Assembly: GCF_006345805.1 (NCBI RefSeq)
Contig: NC_042999.1
Span: forward strand, 146,072,001-146,136,000
Origin: Octopus sinensis
Lineage: Eukaryota
Direction: 5' to 3'
DNA length: 64,000 bases
The stretch's first letter is position 1, and every line of letters begins with the position of its first letter. The translations under genes were made by a program, and so were the position numbers. Below the pieces are notes generated by a model. The model was not told the origin of the DNA, did no database searches, and was given only the letters and a program-made list of their open reading frames with translations. Below, piece by piece: positions 1 through 12,949 of the stretch.

Positions 1-713
1 GTAGATAGATCAGATCAAATACTTTCCTATTATTCTTGTCCTCAGAAACACTCCATTGGTACAAGAAAATTGGTCTACACATCTTTGAAATTCTCATCCA
101 TGATGCCCATAAGTTGTATTGCAAAGTAGAAAACACTCAAATGAAACTTGTAAAGTTTAGAGATAATGTAGTGCTGCATGTGCTTGGTGAACATAAATGG
201 AAAGAAACTCCAGTTCCAAGAGTAGAAGATTTTCACTACTTGGAAGCAATTCCACCTACAGAAAAGAAACAATGGCCAACCAAACCATTCAGGGTGTGTA
301 GATGAAAGAAACTTCATAAAGAAACTAGGTACGTTTATTCTGCATTATAGATATTCTGTCTATAATTTTTTGAATAAACATGTTTTCTTTTATTTCAATT
401 TAGTTAGGAAAGGAATAAAAATTGGTTCCAATTATAAGCTTCAATAACAAAATATTTTTCAGTAATCTTTCTGTATGTATTTTTTTTTACATTCATTTTA
501 TTACTTTATGCTCAATTTTTGAGTTTATAGTGTATTTCAATTTAGAGAAATTAAACTTTTATATGCTATTACAACCCAAATGTAAAAAATTGCAATAAAT
601 GATAAAGGAAATATTTTTTCTTATACCTGATATATATATAGATGTTTTACCATATATATTTCCTGGCAGGTACCATGATATGAGTTAACTCATATCATTG
701 GGCAAATAAAGGG
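1..713 (+). mobile_element. piggyBac transposon 3' remnant (PGBD-like transposase C-terminus, cysteine-rich domain decayed)
   Basis: ORF 36-305 HWYKKIGLHIFEILIHDAHKLY...PTKPFRVCR*KKLHKETRY. A 24-bp palindrome atgatatgagttaactcatatcat (675-698) is followed by AAAGGG (708-713), like a piggyBac right end, but the TTAA is degenerate. Confidence 0.8.
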
Positions 714-924
714 TGTCTTTAGTGTTTCCACAACACACTCACAATGTTAGTTCCAGATGCCAGTTCATTTTAAGCGCGTTACAATAAAATAGACCTCTAC
801 GAGTATGCTCGTACCTGGCAAAATTGCATAGATTGCCAACTACAAGATAACTCATAGTTGGCAGTCAACGTGTTAAACTGATTATGATAATGATGACAAT
901 GACTCTTACATACTAACAGTGAAG

Positions 925-1110
925 AAGGTGGTGAGCTGGTAGAATTGTTAGCATGCTGGGCAAAATGCTTAGCATTTTGTTTGTCTTTATGTTCTGAGTT
1001 CAATTCCTGCTACAGTCGAATTTGTCTTTCATCCTTTTGGGGTCAATAAAATAAGTATTAGTTGAGAACTGGGGGTCAATATAATTGACTTGCCCATTCC
1101 CCCAATCTTT
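925..1110 (+). mobile_element. tRNA-derived SINE, family B (ggtgagctggcagaa...gagttcaaatt...ggggtcaataaa)
   Basis: A/B-box-like head. Related copies at ~7200-7385(-), 18940-19130(+), 35090-35210(+), 48220-48400(-), 49935-50140(-), 51660-51840(-), 55840-55985(+). Confidence 0.7.
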
Positions 1111-1754
1111 GAACCATATTAGCAGTGGAGGATTATATATGCACAGTATGAGTGCTCTAATTTTATTGTTAACCAGTCAACTGTAGAAGGAAAGGAACCT
1201 GTTTTGGCCCATTAGAGAGAAACTGAATCATGCAGAGTTACTTATGTGTATTTCACCTTCAGGGTAGGTGGACAACAAAAGGTGTAAAGTTTGTAGTAGG
1301 AAGAGTTCAACACCTGCTGGTGTATATATGAAGTTCAACACCTTATGTAATGTTTTCTAAAGAAATTAATTGGGTCTACACAACAACATTGCTGACAAGA
1401 AGAAAAGATACAAGTCTTCATAATCTAGAGATTTGGGGTTAGATTTGTAATACAAGCAGAAGTTGCCTATGTTGGTGTTGTGAAATGAAGTAGAGACTAA
1501 GGATTGAAATAGGGACCTTTCATTGAAAAACGTGTTGTAGAGGGCTGTATATGGTACTAAACAGAATGTGAAAAGTGATGAGAGAGAGAGAGAGAAATAA
1601 TAGAATGTAAAAAATTAGAAGTGAGGGGCAAGTGACAAGAGACAAGGCAGTTCAGAGTATGGTAGAAGGAACAATGGAAATAGGTGAAAAGAAAACAATT
1701 GAAAGACAACCAAAAGGATAAAAATAACATCAATGCACTGAAAGAATGGCATAC

Positions 1755-1932
1755 CTTGTCTTCAGGATATTTTCTAGTAAAGATTCCAGTGAAGTTTCAA
1801 CAACAAAAGAAGTAGCCATGTGAGTATTGGTTTCTTTGTAGAATGTTTCCAATATTGGAATTGTATCCAGTCGGAATTTGAAGAAAGAAGTATTTTCATC
1901 TGTATGAATGCCATTAGCATCATCAAAGGAAG
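1755..1932 (-). CDS. WDR93: WDR93-like coding exon (phase 1 in, phase 2 out); gene continues downstream
   Basis: Acceptor ttattttgctttcgttcacag|C, donor aag|gtatgc. ASFDDANGIHTDENTSFFKFRLDTIPILETFYK...SLESLLENILKTR resembles human [21 protein letters not shown]...PLEKRCERFLQKS. Phase matches the 56540 donor. Confidence 0.75.
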
Positions 1933-2509
1933 CTGTGAACGAAAGCAAAATAATTGTATTGAAAACATTGACATCCAACTTGATACTAGATTTTCTAGTA
2001 CATAAGCAAACAGTTCATATCTTGTCAACAAACAGTGCAGCAACTCGTATGACTCATAATTTAGCCACAACCTGGTCTATTCAGACAAACCTCTTGACTC
2101 CTTCCACACTGTTTTCCTACTTGCAAATGTATCATTTGTATCAGTTTCACTAGTCTGAGAAGGCGTGCAAAGATCATGGACTGTGCCTCAACTTACCAGA
2201 CTGACAAATAATTATGATTGACATCAATATCCAAAAACATCAAATAATCCAAAATCTAACAAAATATAAATGATGCACCACAGCATGAAACAGTTTATTG
2301 TTGTAAAGGTAGGGAGCAAAGTAGGGGTAAGGCTTGCTAATTCAGTTTGTAAATTTTAGTTGGGGATAACAGTCTCAACCAATGTGACTTGTTCTTGTTA
2401 TTTCAGGTAAATATTTTGGTGATGCTGGGAACCAACATCATGATTAAATCTAATGAATGTAATGCATTTAATCAAACAGACATACTGGAAGAAAGTTACA
2501 TCCAAAGGC

Positions 2510-3020
2510 CTCACGAAGACTGATACCTCTGAGATATGCTGTGACTGTGAAGACTCGACAAATGAAGTGAGTTCATGGCTCACAGGATGGCCTGCTGTGC
2601 CAACCTTGGATCATAGAGTGACCCGCTGTTCTTGAGGAGACCTACTGAGTCAAGTACATCAACACCAACATCAAAATGAAAATCAAATGGAAATTGTAGT
2701 TATGATACCAGTGCAGATGACACGTAAAGAGCATTGTCAGAACATGGCAGATGCCAGTGCCGCATAACTGGTGTCGGTGACATGTAGAAGCACCAACCAA
2801 TCATGGCTGTGTGCAAGCCTCCTCTGGCCCCTGTGCCGGTGGTACATAAAAAGCACCCACTACACTCACGGAGTGGTTGGTGTTAGGAAGGGCATCTAGC
2901 TGTAGAAACACTGCCAGATCAGACTGGAGCCTGGTGCAGCCGCCTGGCTTCCCAGACCCTGGTCGAACCATCCAACCCACACTAGCATGGAAAACGGATG
3001 TTAAACGATGATGATGATAA
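2510..3020 (+). mobile_element. RTE LINE 3' end with 3'UTR ending in (GAT)n
   Basis: Ends ...gcatggaaaacggatgttaaacgatgatgatgat, the same tail attached to the coding RTE fragments at 19720-20175 and 26490-27835. Confidence 0.7.
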
Positions 3021-3927
3021 TGAGTGTGTGTAGACGTAAGTACATTTGAATGTATATATGTATGTACACACATATGCAAACACATGTATGCAGATATACA
3101 TATATGGTTTCAGACATGTTTTTTTTTTTATTGATGAATAGAATTATTACATCACACAAAAAAAATAACCCATTTTCATCAGGTGAATACATGTACGAAT
3201 TAAACATTTCAAAACATCATGACTCTTCAATGAAATTTGGTCTGTGTTTACTTTAGTAAGTACAGAGCTTTGTAAGTGATAGCAATTTCACTGACTCAAC
3301 CTCGGTGCTTTACTATCTAATGACCTAATTTGTTTGGACCCTGAACCTTTATAAATATGTGTGTGTATACACAAATGGAAAACAAGTATAGAGATAATTT
3401 CTTGTTTATTCAATACATTTTTACACATATTTCATGAACATGTTGTGTAACAAAATTACATTAGAAGATCACCAGATATTGTATAACAAATATAAAACAA
3501 CTTTCAGTTATATAATAGTAAGTAGCTGGGTTGAAAAAGGTCAAGAATTTAAATAAATAATAAAGTGGGTAGAGTAGATAATTTTTCTTATCACAGTAGA
3601 CATACACACACATATATAAGCATATATGCATATGTATATGCAAATATAGATATAATCTTATATTGATATATATATATATATACATACATATACATGTATA
3701 TCTATCTATCTATTCTTTAACTTGTTTCAGTCATTTGACAGCGGCCATGCTGGAGCACTGCCTTTAGTCGAGCAAATCGACCCCAGGACTTATTCTTTAT
3801 AAGCCTAGTACTTATTCTATCAGTCTCTTTTGCCAAACTGCTGAGTTACGGAGACATAAACACACCAGCATCGGTTGTCAAGTGATGGTGGAGGGACAAA
3901 CATGGACACACAAACACACACACAGAC

Positions 3928-3963
<36 letters not shown>

Positions 3964-6258
3964 ACGTATATATACATGTGTATATATATGCATGCATGTA
4001 TAAACACACATACATAAAATAAAACATGCAAATCTGCACATGCACTGCCTCCAAATACAGCACATGTATACACATAAATGTAAAATTAGCCTGTTGATGT
4101 TGTTGAAATTCCAATGAAGGTTGCCTTGGATCTAGATTAGAAACTGGCTCTTTCTCTATTGGTAAGAAATTTTGAAATAAAACTGAATAATAACATACAT
4201 ATATACATACATATATGTAAAGTTTAGTAAAAACTGGTAACTCCATCAATTGTGATATTTTGAAATACACTTATAAAGATAATTACAAGATGTGTCCTAA
4301 GAGCTCACATATCCCAGCAAAATCCCTGGAATATGGTACATCATATAAGTCACCAAGAAGGATCATGTGCAAACATCGTTGAAATTTATGTAGGAGAAAC
4401 TACTTGAAGTCTGAGTGAAAGATCTGATGAAAAGAAACCACTGGGCCATTGCAACTCCACCTAATTCATTTTACAAATATTTAAAAAAAAAAAAAAGGAA
4501 CTTCAAGAGATAAATGCAAAAGATATTTAAAAGATTTAAGGGATAATTGTAAAAAAATAAATGGTAAGCACTGATAATGACTACATTGAAAGTTTAATTA
4601 TCACAAAGTTCCTCTGTGGCATGAGCTTCATTTGTTCAATCAAGCATTCAATTAGTTTACATGTTGATGTGGTGCATGCACACTGTATTCACATTCCCTC
4701 TGCAACAATTTTCTCTTAAAACTTTTCTGTTCATCTTTAGAGTTGCTAACGTAGCTTATTTCATGCTAGATCCCATGTACTTTAAAATAATATATAGAAA
4801 TAGTCATCTAATGGATATCTATAAATCTTAATTTTAAAACTAATGAAGCATAATCTAGTTCGTTTTTCTGCTGTTAACAATTTTGTAATTTTAATCAGAT
4901 GACTGATTTACACTTCGTGTCTTACATTTGTCAGTTTTGGGTGAGAATATCATAGTAGTGACAGTTAAGAATATAAGTACTGTTTATGACATTATATCGA
5001 TCTAAAATAGCCTGTTACTTAACAATCTTTCATTTGTACTTTGTGAACATATGTATATACTCTTCATCCTTTTATTCTGTCACTTAATCAAATATAATTT
5101 GTATATCACTTATCTTCTGAACATTAAGAAGATAATTGATACAGAAACTGGTTTTGATTAAATGGTGGAGTAAAGGGGTGAAAATGTATTTTAGTGTAAA
5201 TTAAGTTTTGATTTTAAAATTAGAGATTAAGAAATAGATATGTATATCTAGTACTGCAAAAAAATAAATAAAAGAGGAATTTTATATCTAGTTAAGTTTA
5301 ATGGTTTTACTTTTTGTGTAATTATCTAGTAACATTAATAAATGTATATTAGTTTTTTGAAATCATTATTGTATTTTAATGCCCCCTTTTACATGCTCAT
5401 GTGGACTGGACAGAATATGGCTGGATGACCTTTCTTAAGTCAATACTCCTGTTTCCAAGTTAAGGTAATATTTTTATCCCATGACTGGACATGTGTCAGA
5501 ATATGGAGGGCACTGTTTGCCTGATGGAGGCACTTGCTTACAACTGTCATGTGATGTCAAGATGAGAAGACTGTAAAACACACACACACACATATATAAA
5601 CACAATAGGTTTTTTTTTCAGTTTCCATCAACCATATCCAGTCACAAGGCTTGGTCAGTCTAGAGCTATAGTAGAAAACACTTGCCCAAAGTGCCACACA
5701 GTGAAACTGAACCTGAAACCATGTGGTTGGGAAGCAAACTTCTTACCACACAACCATGCACAAATCTATGAAAACCTAAATTTGTTTCAAAATAAAAAGA
5801 TATATTTGTTGTTAAAGTGTATGATTTATGCATAGTTAATGAAGTTGAGCAGAAATACAAGAATGGAATAGCAGTAATAATATTGTATGAGTTTATGGAC
5901 AAACAGAACTGCAAAGTGACTAAATCAAGCCATTAAAGTATAATAATACAACAAATCCAAAATTCAATGTAAATAGAAAAGAAAGGAAAAAACAAGAGAT
6001 AAAAGGAGAAAAATTAAAAGTATTAAAAAGAGCACTTGAAGCCTAAAGTATCTAGTTTTTAACAGCTGCTGTGGAATTGTAACAGTGACATGGTCATAGA
6101 AGTGTATTGAAAATTATCAACACCTCAGGGAATAAATGAAACATGCATGTAACAATTTACCTGTGTTTTTAAAAATGTGAAAATGGTACTTCTAAAATGT
6201 AATGGTAAAACACACACGCACGTAGACAGATTTGAGTGTGTGTGTGTGTTTATATATA

Positions 6259-7094
6259 TGTGATCTGATCAATAAGTACGTGGGCTGTTACCATAGTAAT
6301 AAAGCTAAAACACACAGACTGAAGCCGCTTGGCATAGATTGACCTTGAACTCTGCTGTGCATGCACACTAAGTTTTAATGTTCTAGCTCACTTTCGTTGT
6401 TTACAGCAGTGCTTGGAAGGAACATGTGTAGCATTTACCATGACTCTGCATCAACCTTTGTCAAAAGCTTGGTGATACCTGCTCAGAGGCCAATGCAAAT
6501 TTGCAGAAAGTGTATGGAGAAGAGTGTATGAGCTGAAAAAAATGTTGATAGTATCAAACATTCTGGGAGACTGGTAACCAACAGAACTGAGAAAAACATG
6601 CCGGTGTATGTGCAGTTGTGAGGGGAAATTATCGAATCACCATCCATGAGTCATCAGAGGATGTGCAGTTCAGCCATTATCACTGAAGATTTGGGTATGC
6701 GGCGCATTTCTGCCAAGTTTATGCCAAAACTATTTTTCAGCTGACAACACACCTGTCTGTTCAGCACAGCTTGTGCAGCAGTTTTTGGCTAGGCTCAGCA
6801 TTCCCCAGGTCAAAAAGCCACAGTATTCCCCAGACCTCACCCGTTGCAACTTTTTCCTCTTTCCTAAAATTAAATCCTGCTTGAAAGCAAGATTTCAGGA
6901 TATCAAAGAAATCAAAGTGATTACAAAGAGGCAGCTGCTGATTATCCCAGCAAACGAATTTCAGGAATGTTTCCATCAATGGAAACAGCACTGGATTAAG
7001 TATGTGGCCTTTGAAGGATATTAAATGCCAAATTGGTATGTATTGTAGTTTTGTATTTATAGCACCAATCCGGATACTTATTGATCGGACCTCG
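6259..7094 (+). mobile_element. Internally deleted mariner element
   Basis: TIRs tgtgatctgatcaataagtacgtgg / ccggatacttattgatcggacctcg with TA flanks. ORF 6773-7024 carries YSPDLTRCNFFLFPKIK...FQECFHQWK (mariner YSPDL motif). Confidence 0.9.
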
Positions 7095-7394
7095 TATATA
7101 TATTTAATCTTTTATCTTATACTTGTTTCAGTCACTAGACTGTGGCCATGCTGGGGCATCACCTTGAGATATTAGTTTCGAATTTTGGTAGAAGGCCAAG
7201 TTCAGGGAAGGTGATAAGTCAATAGCATTGATCCCCAGTACTCAACTGGTACTTATTTTATCGATCCCGAAAGGATGAAAGGCAAATTTGGCCTCAGTAG
7301 AATTTGAACTCTGATTGTAAAGACGGATAGAATGCCGCTAAGCATTTTGCCTAGTATACTAATGATTCTGCAAGCTTGCTCCCTTGATACATAC

Positions 7395-7434
<40 letters not shown>

Positions 7435-7972
7435 CCACACGCATACACACATACATACATAAATATATATATATTGTATAAAAGATCATGGGTAAGGCCA
7501 AAACAATGCAAAGTAAATGCAAGGTAAATCACAAGAAAACAAATATGTAAATTAATGTAGACTTCCCTTGTATTCAATATTTCAAGGATATGAACCCATT
7601 TTCAAGAAATTGATGAATGTTGTCAATGTGTGTGAGCGTGTAATTATTCATTATAATATATATAAATAGATGGGTGTATTTTTACCTTGTTAACAATTAA
7701 CACGGAAAAAATAAATAAATAGTTACCAATTGTAAACATTGGCAAAAATACACATTTAGTGCATATAAGTAGTCTATCATTATATATAATTTAAACTTTA
7801 ATTTCCTTTATATTTAACATTCACTATTAATATCCCTACTCTTTCTGTAAGCTACTTATGACGTTATATCATATAACGTTTTTTTAAACAATATTAATAG
7901 TGTTCAGTCAATCGCTATACAAATCCATCATTTTTTGCTAAAATGTCTTATTGACGAGTTTCATTTTTTTCA

Positions 7973-8056
7973 CTTTCCTGAAGAGAAGATTGCATTGTTT
8001 ATACCATTTATTCTTTTGAATAGTATCTGTGGAATTTTCGAAACATGTCGAAAGTA
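7973..8056 (+). ncRNA. Type-I hammerhead ribozyme motif (minimal, Penelope-type)
   Basis: Stem I actttc(7973-78)/gaaagt(8051-56); core CUGAAGA 7979-85; 7-bp stem II gaagatt/aattttc; GAAAC; palindromic stem III ACAUGU; GUC cleavage triplet ending at 8050. Confidence 0.8.
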
Positions 8057-8397
8057 AAAATATTTGCTTTACACCTGTGTTAAACTCCATTTATTTATTC
8101 ATATATATATATATATTATATATATATATATATAGCAATTAAGGACAACTACTTAATAAGGAAAACTTAACAAGAAATTGTCAGGTAGATAGCGTAAAAA
8201 CCTCATAAGAGAAAAAAATTTCGAAAAAATTATTTCTTATTGAACATATTAATTTATATATAGAGGGCATTATACATACATGCCAGGAGGCATTGTATAT
8301 ACATGCCAAACGCTAAGAGGGACAATCAGTCATTTCTACCAAAAATATTACTAATCCCACCGAATGCAATTTTTCAAAGTAAGACATTTAAAAATAT

Positions 8398-8445
8398 AGG
8401 CCTGTATCACAGTGATTTCATACTTACGTAATCATCAGCAGGCCT
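8398..8445 (-). ncRNA. Mirror copy of the hammerhead motif in the left arm (sense to the WDR93 pre-mRNA)
   Basis: Exact reverse complement of 8797-8844. Confidence 0.72.
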
Positions 8446-8796
8446 GAATGTATTATAAATAAACAATGACCCTGCCTCGCTTAAGCCGATCAGCTAACTG
8501 ATCAACATCAACGAAGCACATGGGTGAGTTTATATATATTACATCCGGGTAAATGGTAAACTTTTACGAATTGCATTTCGGGAGAGGAAAAGTTTTTTCG
8601 GAATAAAAATTCGTAGTTGTCCTTAATTGCTAAATTTTTATTCCGAAAAAACTTTTCCTCTCCCGAAATGCAATTCGTAAAAGTTTACCATTTACCCGGA
8701 TGTAATATATAAACTCACCCATGTGCTTCGTTGATGTTGATCAGTTAGCTGATCGGCTTAAGCGAGGCAGGGTCGTTGTTTATTTATAATACATTC

Positions 8797-8844
8797 AGGC
8801 CTGCTGATGATTACGTAAGTATGAAATCACTGTGATACAGGCCT
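8797..8844 (+). ncRNA. Type-I hammerhead ribozyme motif in right arm of the fold-back
   Basis: AGGCCUG-CUGAUGA-UUAC GUAA GUAU-GAAA-UCAC U GUGA-UA-CAGGCCU: 7-bp stem I, full core, GNRA-capped stem II with a U.U at its base, AUA triplet ending at 8837. Confidence 0.72.
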
Positions 8845-9032
8845 ATATTTTTAAATGTCTTACTTTGAAAAATTGCATTCGGTGGGATTAGTAATATTTT
8901 TGGTAGAAATGACTGATTGTCCCTCTTAGCGTTTGGCATGTATATACAATGCCTCCTGGCATGTATGTATAATGCCCTCTATATATAAATTATATATATA
9001 TATATATATTATAATGAATAATTACATGCTCG

Positions 9033-9074
<42 letters not shown>

Positions 9075-9262
9075 ATAGTAATAATGATAATAAAAGATAA
9101 AATAAATTTATCAGTGGCCAGCATATAAAAATAGACTGATTAAGGTGAAATCATATATATATAATTATTATTATTATTAAGGACATAGAGATGATTTAGC
9201 ATCTATCTTCAGCATATAGGCTTGAAAATATATTTCTATGCCTTTAATTATAATTACACATA

Positions 9263-10724
9263 TACTAAACAGAGGCCGGTTTATCAACAGACTGCCATGT
9301 TGTTGATTGAAGAGTACTAATTAAGAAATCGGTCTTTCTGATGATAAAACATCCTTTCCAGAAACATGTTGGACATCACATGGTATCACGTGATGACAGT
9401 GTCCTGGATCTGAAGAGATGAACTGAATATCTTATGTGACCACCATTAACATTGATTACTGCAAGTAATCTTCTGTATATTGAATGCACCAAACAATTGA
9501 TGAAGGCCATGGGAATAACAGCCCACACTCTGTTAAATCTTGCAGTGAGTTTTGCCACAGTTGTTGGTCATGGATGGATGTCATTTAGCCTTTTCTGGAT
9601 TTTGTTCCACAGGTGCTCTATGGGGTTCAAGTCCGGACTTAGGGACAGGCCATAGCAGTGTTTGGTTTTTGTGCTGTTGGAAGAAGTCAATTGTCAACCT
9701 AGGAGTATGGGCACGGGTGTTGTTATGCTGGAACATGTAATTCAGATGACGAGCAAAGTATGACACAATGTGAAGCCTCAACACTTGGTTGATGTAGTGA
9801 GCAGTGGTGACTCCATTGTTCCTGTCTTGCCTGATGTTTTGGAAGACCACAGGCTCAAGTTTCTTGTTGAGTGCAATCCCGCCTCATACCATGATGCTCT
9901 GTCTTTCTCATGAGTCTCTCTCCACCACATAGCCATTGCCATAACATTCACCCCTTCTTCTCCAAACCCTAGCTCTGCCATCTGCCACAGAAATGCAATA
10001 TTGACTTTTGTCGGTGAAGACTACAGTCCTCCACTGCTGATATCATCAGTTCTGACGTTTTTGAGCCCACATCAGACATGCCCATTAATGATATGTGAGG
10101 ATGGGGCCCCTAGCTGGATGTCAACAAGGCAGTTTGAAAGATCTCAACTACCGGTGAACTATCTCTGCATAAATGGGTCTGTGGTGAGTCCTTATGTTTT
10201 ACCTAGCTGATTCTGTTGCCCTCTGGAATAGGTCCTTTAAGTGCTGTCAGTGCATGTGGTGATCTTGACATGCTGTTGTTACCTTCAGTCAGCCACTGCA
10301 TGGGCAGTCATCCATGCTGTTTTTGGCATTGTATCATTCCCGCAGCCACTCAGTTGTCTGAATACTGCAGTTCAAGTCATTAGCATTGACCCGTTGATGT
10401 CGACCAGCATGGAGACGTCTGATGGCTTGCTCCCTCTGATTTCATATCACCCTTGTCCTGCTTGCTGCATTCAGGAAACAAATGGCAGGTTGGTAAATTT
10501 GGATGCCTTTTATGAGTCAACATTTGCATGTGAATCATGCTCTTCGTAAATTTGTGTTCGTGAGTGCAATCCCTATATGCAAACCTTGTGTTTTCAAAAG
10601 AGAGTCTGTGACATCTTCCTGATGTCAAATTACCTAGAAATGTGATAAAACCCATATAATCACAATATCGTGTGTGAAACAAATAATTTTTTACAGTGCA
10701 ACGTTTCCTTTATAGTTCATTATA
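9263..10724 (-). mobile_element. Near full-length, decayed Tc1-like DNA transposon
   Basis: Frameshifted transposase pieces: FQHNNTRAHTPRLTIDFFQQH, WPVPKSGLEPH (WP..SPDLNPIE), AVINVNGGHIRY. Short degenerate TIR-like ends tatactaaac / gttcattata. Confidence 0.88.
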
Positions 10725-10731
10725 TATACAA

Positions 10732-11127
10732 CTAGCAGCATAGCCCGGCGTTGCCCGGGTAAGAGCCCCTAGTAGGCAACGACTAATCCCAATCTAGTTC
10801 TTTCCCTCTAGGGAACGAAGGCGCATGTGTAGGTTGCAATGTCTTCTTTTCACTCGAATACTTCTATGTATACGATGTTCCTAGCTGTCTCCCGACAGAA
10901 AATGTGTTGCATATAAAAAGCTTAGATTCTCGACCCCATGTCGAATTTATCGATTTTTTTCAAAACTGGGGGAACTTTTCAAAATTTTCACTGCGTTAGT
11001 TTTGAATTATGACATTGGGCTATGTGTGTGTCAAGTTTCATCAGAATCGGTTGAAAGCTGTGGTCAGGGTGAGGGTACAACCTGACAGCCACACAGACAG
11101 ACAAACTGCCGTTTATATATATAGAGA
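10732..11127 (-). mobile_element. Non-autonomous Helitron
   Basis: On the minus strand: A|TC start, subterminal hairpin cccgggcaacgccggg, CTAG|T end. Confidence 0.85.
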
Positions 11128-11852
11128 TGACTCAGTTTAAGGAAAACAGAGAATATCCAATTTTTTATTATGCAGCCATTTATGTTCTATTTTCACCTAC
11201 ATAACATTTGTGCTGCTATCAAGGTGCATCTTCTGCATCTTTACAGAGTGTGGTGGAGGTTTCTTTCATGACATTGGCACTATTGAGGTTGCTGTGTAAC
11301 TTGCAAGACAGAAAGAACAAGGAAGAAAGGAAAAAAGCTCCTGCTACTAAAAGTGGGGTATTTGAAAAAGGAACATGGAAATAAATGGCTTTATGCAAGT
11401 ATTGAAAAGCTAAAGTGTGGTAGAGGGACAAACAGAGGTATATTGCAATAGAGGAGATACACAGCTGAAGAAGATAAAAGGATGGTAGTGATGGGGTGCT
11501 ATGGCAAACTCTTAAGCTACAAGAAGGAAAGCATAAGCGAGGATACAGAGTGGGTCATGGAAGGGGATGACAGAGTGGATACTTTTGTCGGAGTGAAATT
11601 ATAAAATATTGATGTAAGTTGTAGTATTGGAAATGTCAACCAGAAGATGAAATCATGAAACAATATCTTATTACTTGTATATTGAAATACCAAAAAAGCA
11701 ACAACCAGCCTTATTGCAAATATCAAGTAGATAATTAGTTTTTTTCTATTATCACAAAACATTTAGAAAACAGAAAATTTCACTTTAGTATTCAGTTAAC
11801 CAGAACTCTAATCAATTTGTGTGTGAAGATAAGTGTGTGTGTGGTGTGTGTA

Positions 11853-11892
<40 letters not shown>

Positions 11893-12863
11893 TACACACA
11901 CACTTATCTTCACGCATATATATATATGTGTGTGTGTGTGTTTGTACAGATGCAGACATTCATGCACACACACAAACACACACACAAATATATATCAGTA
12001 AAAATATATTAAAAGTAAGCTGGAACAAATCCAATATAGTGCTTTAAAGCTGGAATTCTAAGGTCAAATCCAAAGCAAGTCTGTGTAAGTATTAGATATA
12101 TGGTGCAAATACGATGAACAACAAATAGAACAACACTGAAAAGCAGTGCTTGGCAAATAGGGTATTAGCTTATTGCTTTAATGGAAAGACAAAGAGCTGC
12201 TGGATTTCAATTAATCCTTCCTCAGAAGAAAGAAAGAAAGAAAGATTAGAGAAAATGAGAAAGAGAAATGGTCAGTGAGAAAGAAGATACTGGGTGAAGG
12301 ATTAAAAACTAGGTGTGAATGCTGCTATAAAAGGGTGAGTTAAGCAGAGAGGGAGAGGTGGATGTGTAGGTGTAAGTGTAAGAACATCTTGGAAGTGGAC
12401 ATAAGAGGGTAGTGATGTGTGTGTGTGTGCATGTAGAATTCGTACAGTTTTCTTATATTTTGAAATTTTAGTTTAAACCTTGATACTTTCTTAAAAATAA
12501 CATTTCCACCTCCCTTCACAACTTATACATACATGCACATCAATAACACTAGCCACCTTGATACACACATGCACACACTCACACACATATACACACAAAA
12601 GTGTGAATGTACATGCAGCCCTGTATATGTGCATACACACAAACACAGATTGATATCTTTCCTCCCTCACACTTAGTCTCACCTCCTCACATACATGCTT
12701 TCATGCCCCTACTTCTCTATACATATATATATGTATGTATATAGTGAGAATTTACATATATATATATGTATATAGTGAGAATTCACAAAAAAAACGAAAA
12801 ACAAAGACAGGTGTGTAAACAACAAACAGATGTATTAGTTTAACGCTTGGGAAGTGAGAAAGT

Positions 12864-12899
12864 CTTTTAAGTTTCGAGCCTACACTCTTCGACAGAAAG
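12864..12899 (-). other. Degenerate hammerhead-like motif in a dispersed repeat (~12775-12950)
   Basis: Minus strand cttt-CUGUCGA-a-gag tgtagg ctc-GAAAC-uua-aaag has hammerhead geometry but non-canonical core positions. Confidence 0.35.
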
Positions 12900-12949
12900 G
12901 AACACAGAAATAAACAGAGAGAGAAAATAGAAAATGGTTTAGTGGCTAG

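Larger units (their letters stand above)
8250..8992. repeat. Long near-perfect inverted repeat (arms 8250-8611 and 8633-8992, 21-nt loop)
   Basis: Arms are reverse complements. I could see only one substitution (aatgaccc vs aacgaccc) and one 2-bp TA indel. Confidence 0.97.

Noticed and set aside
790-812. Possible terminal WDR93 exon after acceptor ttttgccag|g (reads RYEHTRRGLFYCNALKMNWHLELTL*)
   Set aside because: The phase fits, but there is no convincing similarity to the recalled WDR93 C-terminus and it runs into piggyBac-end sequence. Left unresolved.
1766-1819. Plus-strand 54-nt exon-like segment (cttcag|...|gtgagt)
   Set aside because: It overlaps the better-supported minus-strand WDR93 exon, and no partner exons were found.
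3820-4270. Numerous YI/CV/HT-rich ORFs here and throughout the window
   Set aside because: They are translations of (TA)n, (CA)n and (CATA)n microsatellites and SINE bodies.
8133-8632. hAT-like DNA transposon defined by the 20-bp IR tagcaattaaggacaactac
   Set aside because: No 8-bp TSD, and the hammerhead content points to a Penelope-type terminal repeat. The IR itself is real and is reported in the finding.
11670-11750. Minus-strand exon candidate (KKTNYLLDICNKAGCCFFGISIY)
   Set aside because: Weak splice sites, no homology, and not needed for collinearity.
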